Shown here in pieces: positions 59,476-64,000 of a stretch of 64,000 bases of DNA. The first letter of the stretch is position 1. Every line of letters starts with the position of its first letter. Below the pieces are notes generated by a model. It was not told where the DNA came from. It did not search any database and saw only the letters and a program-made list of their open reading frames with translations. This DNA comes from a virus. Position numbers and translations under genes: made by a program. The stretch is from IMG/VR virus record IMGVR_UViG_3300046474_000061, positions 5,936-69,935 of that record. One strand, given 5' to 3'.

Positions 59476-60209
59476 AGGTGATAAGCTCCATTTTCTGCAT
59501 TCCAAGTATTGCCACCGAAGTTAACACGAGTGTCTCTCACGCTATCTCCATGGACACCAACAAGGATGCTATACATTGCGTTAATGCCCTTCTTGAAACT
59601 CTCTTGGGCGATACCAACACCTGCTTGGTTTTCCTTAAACAGGTTCATATGCCACAAAGCACCCATGACAATTACGTTGTCGTAGACACTAGGGATATCA
59701 GTCGTATCCTCATAAGAGGTCAGCGGGTTCTCTTGCCTGTAGTACCGATACTCAATGGTATAGGCTTTATCTGCAACTGGTGAGACACCGAAGCCATTAC
59801 CATGAGCCTTAAAGACATATACAGGAACACGGATGCCATTAGGATTGTCATTATCAATATCCCTTTGCCTTGTATACCATTCATCCCTGTCGATGAACTG
59901 GAGGTGAGTGTTAGTCACTTGAAGAACTTCATCTGCTACGATCTGAAAGGAATTCCAATCAGCAGTTTTAAAGTCTGATGGCCATGCATATTCGGACTCA
60001 CCTACGAGCAACGTCTGAGTGGTCTGTACCGCATGATACGGCCAGTCCCATTCCTGCTGATTGATCTCAGAGATGGAGTCACGAATTGCATCTTTACATA
60101 CAGCTTGCATACCCTTGGCAGACAAAAAGTTAGTTTGTGTGAGTTCGACTTCGTTAATCTTCCGAATGACTCGGTTGGTCAATTCAAGATATGTACTTCC
60201 CATTTTCAT
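59472..60209 (-). CDS. head-tail adaptor / tail tubular protein A-like
   Basis: TYLELTNRVIRKINE, WDWP, SPVADKAY. Confidence 0.7.
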   Translation of the reverse strand: MKMGSTYLELTNRVIRKINEVELTQTNFLSAKGMQAVCKDAIRDSISEINQQEWDWPYHAVQTTQTLLVGESEYAWPSDFKTADWNSFQIVADEVLQVTNTHLQFIDRDEWYTRQRDIDNDNPNGIRVPVYVFKAHGNGFGVSPVADKAYTIEYRYYRQENPLTSYEDTTDIPSVYDNVIVMGALWHMNLFKENQAGVGIAQESFKKGINAMYSILVGVHGDSVRDTRVNFGGNTWNAENGAYHL

Positions 60210-62338
60210 TCCTCTTCATATGGAAGATTAAGTGGAGTGTTTGTTTTGACCTCGAAAGGAGATCCACTTGTATTCACCTTCACCTCATACGTCTTACGAT
60301 AAGCATTAGTCGTAGAAGCAAAAGGACGTTTAACAAGTTTAGATGCTAGGGTGTCATCACCCTCAGTGATTGTGACAGTACCTGTGATAGCTCTGAACAA
60401 AGTGGACGACAAAGTGTCATTCTCTTCAGTCACCGAGAAAGTACCCTTGATCGAAAGCTTACCTTGTGAGCTAAGAGTGTCATCACCTTCAGTGATAGAA
60501 GCAGTACCTTTGATTTGTACCTTACCAGCACTAGAGAGAGTGTCTCCTTCTTCATAGATATCAGCACTACCAAACTTACCCATAAGGGTTGTACTGAATA
60601 AAGTGTCGTCTTGTTCGATGACAAAAAGAGATCCAGTGATAACACCAACACCAGAGCCTATAGCACTAAGAGTATCGTCAGCTTCTACAACATTAAGAGT
60701 ACCCTTGATTGCCAGAACGGCCGAAGACAACAACGTATCGCCTGCCTCTGTAACTGACAAAGTACCTGCAATGGAGAGTTTAGCCGTAGAGCTTAGAGTA
60801 TCATTTGCCTCAGTTACGGAAAGTGTGCCGATGATAGGAGATGCACCACCTGTAGCTGAGAGAGTATCCCCCGCCTCGGTCACAGAGAGCGTTCCTTTGA
60901 TTGCTAGGGCACCAGTACTCGAAAGGGTGTCACCCGCTTCAGTGACAGCCAGTGTGCCTTTTATGGCCAGTGTAGCAGTAGAACTGAGTGTGTCTCCAGA
61001 TTCCGTTACTGCTAGTGTACCTTTGATTGCAAGCTTACCGGCAGAAGAAAGAGTATCGTCTGCTTCGGTAACAGCAAGAGTCCCTGTACCTCCTGAAGAG
61101 GGAGTAGAACCATCGAGGTAAGTAAATCCAGAGGGTGCTGTATACACAGAACTATTAGAGCGTAAACCTAAGTCGAAGTTACCTCTAGAACTATACACAT
61201 GTAAACGATCAACAGTACCACCGAATGAGCTGTAGTCCACACCATTAGTGTTGGTTGATGGATTACCAGAAGTCCCAGCAATGTCTTGCCAGCTACCACC
61301 ATTGACCCTAAACCAAATCTTTTTGTTTACGTTATCAACTGCAAAGCCAAGGTTATCACCATCAACAAAAGCACTTGACAATGTCCTAGACGCTTCTGTT
61401 ATATCTGAGATAGTGGTGGTATTAGTTTCGTTATCGTAATTGACGTATACCATTGCACCAGCATCTGTAGACGAAGCAGCAAAATAGGTTATATCGCCAG
61501 TACCTGGAGCCGAAGTGGTATCAATATTTATGATGTCTACTTCAAAATAATACTTCCCGACAGACAACATACGGTTATTATCAGTAATAGTGTATGCACC
61601 ATCGCCGACGTGATTGCCGGTCGTAGCTCTAGCATTTGGAACGCTTTGGTAGGTACTGAAACTATCAATATTGGAGAAGTCATTAGGATTCCATGCTGGA
61701 TTAGCAGGTTGAAGTGCAATCAACCAAGCACCACGAGGGTTACTTGCATTTGAGTTAGAAACGTGTGTAACTGTACCAGTCGCACCTGCCGTCGTTTGTA
61801 GCATATCCGCTGAATAAATCAGTGGATTAACTTCAACACGTTCCGTGAAACTTGTTGGTGGCGTCAGGTTGTTAGAATTGTCACCCCAATCGAAGCTCTC
61901 GTAAACGAGCATACAGCCATTGACGGTTGTTGTAATCCCTGTCGCATCGGCATTACTGTTACCGGGGGAACCAGCAGTACCACCTATCCAATTAGATGAG
62001 TAGTCATTGATCGTTCCACTCGCACCAGTATAACGGTTGATCTTGCCTTGTGTTGCAACAGTAGCACTCGGCGTCCAAGTATAGTTTCCACTCTCACCCG
62101 AAGCAATTTTCTTGAAAATTCCAGAGTTCAAATAGAATGTACTACCACTTTCAATCGCGGTAAGTGTCGATCCGACCTGCGTCCAACCAGTCGGTGGTGT
62201 AATTGTCGTTCCGTTGCCAGCCCATAGGATATGAGCGACAAGAAGATCACCGTTAGAGATACCAGTTGGGGCAGTAACTGTTAGACTACTGCGGGAAGCA
62301 TAAGTCGTACTTGAACTTGATCCGAATGCTACAGCCAC
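60206..62338 (-). CDS. virion protein with SPRY-like middle region and ~12 tandem ~21-aa repeats
   Basis: GKYYFEV...DGDNLGFAVD..KIWFRVNG; repeats GTLxVTExxDTLSS. Confidence 0.7.
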   Translation of the reverse strand: MAVAFGSSSSTTYASRSSLTVTAPTGISNGDLLVAHILWAGNGTTITPPTGWTQVGSTLTAIESGSTFYLNSGIFKKIASGESGNYTWTPSATVATQGKINRYTGASGTINDYSSNWIGGTAGSPGNSNADATGITTTVNGCMLVYESFDWGDNSNNLTPPTSFTERVEVNPLIYSADMLQTTAGATGTVTHVSNSNASNPRGAWLIALQPANPAWNPNDFSNIDSFSTYQSVPNARATTGNHVGDGAYTITDNNRMLSVGKYYFEVDIINIDTTSAPGTGDITYFAASSTDAGAMVYVNYDNETNTTTISDITEASRTLSSAFVDGDNLGFAVDNVNKKIWFRVNGGSWQDIAGTSGNPSTNTNGVDYSSFGGTVDRLHVYSSRGNFDLGLRSNSSVYTAPSGFTYLDGSTPSSGGTGTLAVTEADDTLSSAGKLAIKGTLAVTESGDTLSSTATLAIKGTLAVTEAGDTLSSTGALAIKGTLSVTEAGDTLSATGGASPIIGTLSVTEANDTLSSTAKLSIAGTLSVTEAGDTLLSSAVLAIKGTLNVVEADDTLSAIGSGVGVITGSLFVIEQDDTLFSTTLMGKFGSADIYEEGDTLSSAGKVQIKGTASITEGDDTLSSQGKLSIKGTFSVTEENDTLSSTLFRAITGTVTITEGDDTLASKLVKRPFASTTNAYRKTYEVKVNTSGSPFEVKTNTPLNLPYEEE

Positions 62339-62355
62339 GTGCCCCTCCTAAAGTA

Positions 62356-62757
62356 TTAAGCATTACCTGCGGTAAGTGTAAACGAAGTAATCGAGAACGA
62401 CTGAGTAGCCGTAAACGAAACGCTATCGACAATCATGTCAGTAGCAGAAGTTCCTACCGTACCCTGAATGTGACAGGTCGTACCCGTCGAGTCATGAATA
62501 CGGAAGTGGGCAGCAGTACCAGTGGCGTCAGCAGAAGTGTCCTGCCAAGTACCAGAGATCGCCTTAGTCCCACCAGAAGCAGCAGCCATCCAGTCCGAAG
62601 GAAGGGTGAGTGTTGCAAGGACCGTACCGGAGTTAGCAGTGCCACAGTTAGCCGGAGCAGCACCAGTACGGATAGTAAGAATTGGTGAAGTACCAATCGT
62701 AGTTTCTACGGAGTTGAGTTTTGCATCTCGCACCGTACCGGAATATTGAAGTGCCAT
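62356..62757 (-). CDS. virion structural protein
   Basis: ADATGTAAHFRI, QGTVG; Thr/Ala/Ser-rich. Confidence 0.6.
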   Translation of the reverse strand: MALQYSGTVRDAKLNSVETTIGTSPILTIRTGAAPANCGTANSGTVLATLTLPSDWMAAASGGTKAISGTWQDTSADATGTAAHFRIHDSTGTTCHIQGTVGTSATDMIVDSVSFTATQSFSITSFTLTAGNA

Positions 62758-62770
62758 TTAGACCTCCTTA

Positions 62771-63010
62771 TTAGATAAAAGTAGCAAGTTGTCCAGAGAA
62801 GGCAAACTTGACAAAGATGACAACGATTGCGCACCAGACGGTATAGTTTAAGTTTTTGAAGGTAGATTTAATTCCCTTGAGTTCTTCCTCAATCGCATCA
62901 AATCTTTTGTTGATATATTCTCTATCCACCTCTTGTTTACCGAGAGAGACCTCAATGATAGTTCTCCATCGTTCGAGGGCAGATATTCTAGTCTCTAAGT
63001 TCTCATCCAT
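62771..63010 (-). CDS. small coiled-coil protein with C-terminal TM segment
   Basis: RISALE coiled coil; TVWCAIVVIFVKFAF. Confidence 0.6.
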   Translation of the reverse strand: MDENLETRISALERWRTIIEVSLGKQEVDREYINKRFDAIEEELKGIKSTFKNLNYTVWCAIVVIFVKFAFSGQLATFI

Positions 63011-63027
63011 GTATTAACCCCCATACA

Positions 63028-63060
63028 AGAAAACCGAGGGAACGGTTAAATTCCCTCGGT
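63028..63060 (-). terminator. rho-independent terminator after capsid genes
   Basis: ACCGAGGGAA/TTCCCTCGGT stem followed by TTTCTT on the minus strand. Confidence 0.7.
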
Positions 63061-63069
63061 ATAGGTTAA

Positions 63070-63573
63070 TTAGGACTTGGGCTGAGCGATATTGCCACGA
63101 GCATCTACAGTTGCATCAGCTACAACTACTGCGACGAGGAATTTACCACCCGTCAGAGTACCCGTAAGGGATGCAAGCAAGATGTCGACGGTATCACCAC
63201 CAGTTGTTGAGATGACGATTGGGGTCGTTGCACCCGGAGTGGAATAACCACCCACAGCAGCAGCATAGGCGTCCCACGCAGAGGCATAGCCCGTAGCGTT
63301 AACACCCGTGACACCAACGGAAACCGTCAGGACAGAAACAGTACCCGTAAGGGCAGCCGTCTTCTGAGCCCAACCACCGAGGATTACCGAACCAGCCGGA
63401 ACACGGAGAGTTTCGATAACATCAGCAGCAGCAAGGGCAGAACCCTTAGCCGTAGCAGCAGCTGCAAGGTCAATTTCCTTCCAGACAACGCTAGCATTCT
63501 TCGTATTATCCATATGGCGCGGCAGAGTACCTACCGGGCCAAGAGGATTAGCGAGAGTCGTAATAGTAGCCAT
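63070..63573 (-). CDS. capsid decoration/minor capsid protein (putative)
   Basis: Immediately follows major capsid; ADVIETLRVPAGS. Confidence 0.6.
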   Translation of the reverse strand: MATITTLANPLGPVGTLPRHMDNTKNASVVWKEIDLAAAATAKGSALAAADVIETLRVPAGSVILGGWAQKTAALTGTVSVLTVSVGVTGVNATGYASAWDAYAAAVGGYSTPGATTPIVISTTGGDTVDILLASLTGTLTGGKFLVAVVVADATVDARGNIAQPKS

Positions 63574-63597
63574 TAGTAATTCTCCTATATCTTAAGA

Positions 63598-64000
63598 TTA
63601 GTTCTTGTTGTAAGCAGCGCGGAGCAGGCCCTGCGGACGCAGGATCTTACGGCCGTACATGTGCATACCACGAACGATGTCGGAGAAGCCGAACGGAGAA
63701 CGGAAGTTTTCCGTCTTGTTGATCTGCTCAGCCGTAGCAACAGCAGAGTCGATACCAGCTACGATGAAACCGTAGTCCGTTGCCGAACCGTTGTTGTCAG
63801 CCGTACCAGGACCGTTACCGATGTATGCGAGGTTGTTCGAGCTGTAGACACGGAAACCACGAATCTTGCCAGACGCGATCTTACCGTTAGAAAGCTGTTC
63901 GCCTTCCTGGAAGTCACGGTCAACAAACTTCGAATTTTCGTCCATCAGGATTTCGAGGAACACCGGATCAACAACAACCCAACGACCTTCCTTCTCAACA
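63598..64000 (-). CDS. major capsid protein, C-terminal part
   Basis: GRWVVVDP, GKIRGFRVYSSNN, FSDIVRGMHMYGRKILRP. Confidence 0.85.
   Translation of the reverse strand, partial: VEKEGRWVVVDPVFLEILMDENSKFVDRDFQEGEQLSNGKIASGKIRGFRVYSSNNLAYIGNGPGTADNNGSATDYGFIVAGIDSAVATAEQINKTENFRSPFGFSDIVRGMHMYGRKILRPQGLLRAAYNKN

Overview
A 64 kb slice of a lytic dsDNA podovirus-like phage genome, apparently circularly permuted: the portal gene runs off the left edge and the major capsid gene off the right edge. Minus strand 1-6118 carries TerS, TerL, PhoH, small genes, an SGNH-domain protein and the portal N-terminus. A ~2.8 kb gene-free switch region (6119-8936) holds sigma70-type promoters, short repeats and a candidate large structured RNA. 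The plus strand (8937-44987) carries early genes, a peptide-ligase cassette (two gamma-glutamylcyclotransferases, class I and two class II glutamine amidotransferases, a phiEco32-type COOH-NH2 ligase, an amidoligase, an ATP-grasp ligase) and replication/nucleotide genes (primase-helicase, family A DNA polymerase split by a group I intron, nucleotidyltransferase, SSB, exonuclease, endonuclease, ThyX, glutaredoxin, class II RNR). Minus strand 45061-64000 is the virion and lysis module. The most striking observation: 13 otherwise divergent small ORFs, plus one degenerate copy, all between 15622 and 29194 and interleaved with the ligase-cassette enzymes, end in the same 16-aa C-terminal tag, consensus ELQYDPxQQGD(T/L)(D/E)(E/D)D(I/L)-stop. 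The tag is conserved at protein level with varying synonymous codons and usually follows a small SH3/KOW-like domain. This suggests a variable-domain plus constant-tail substrate or adaptor library for a phage protein-modification system. All family assignments come from motifs recognised by eye; no searches were run.
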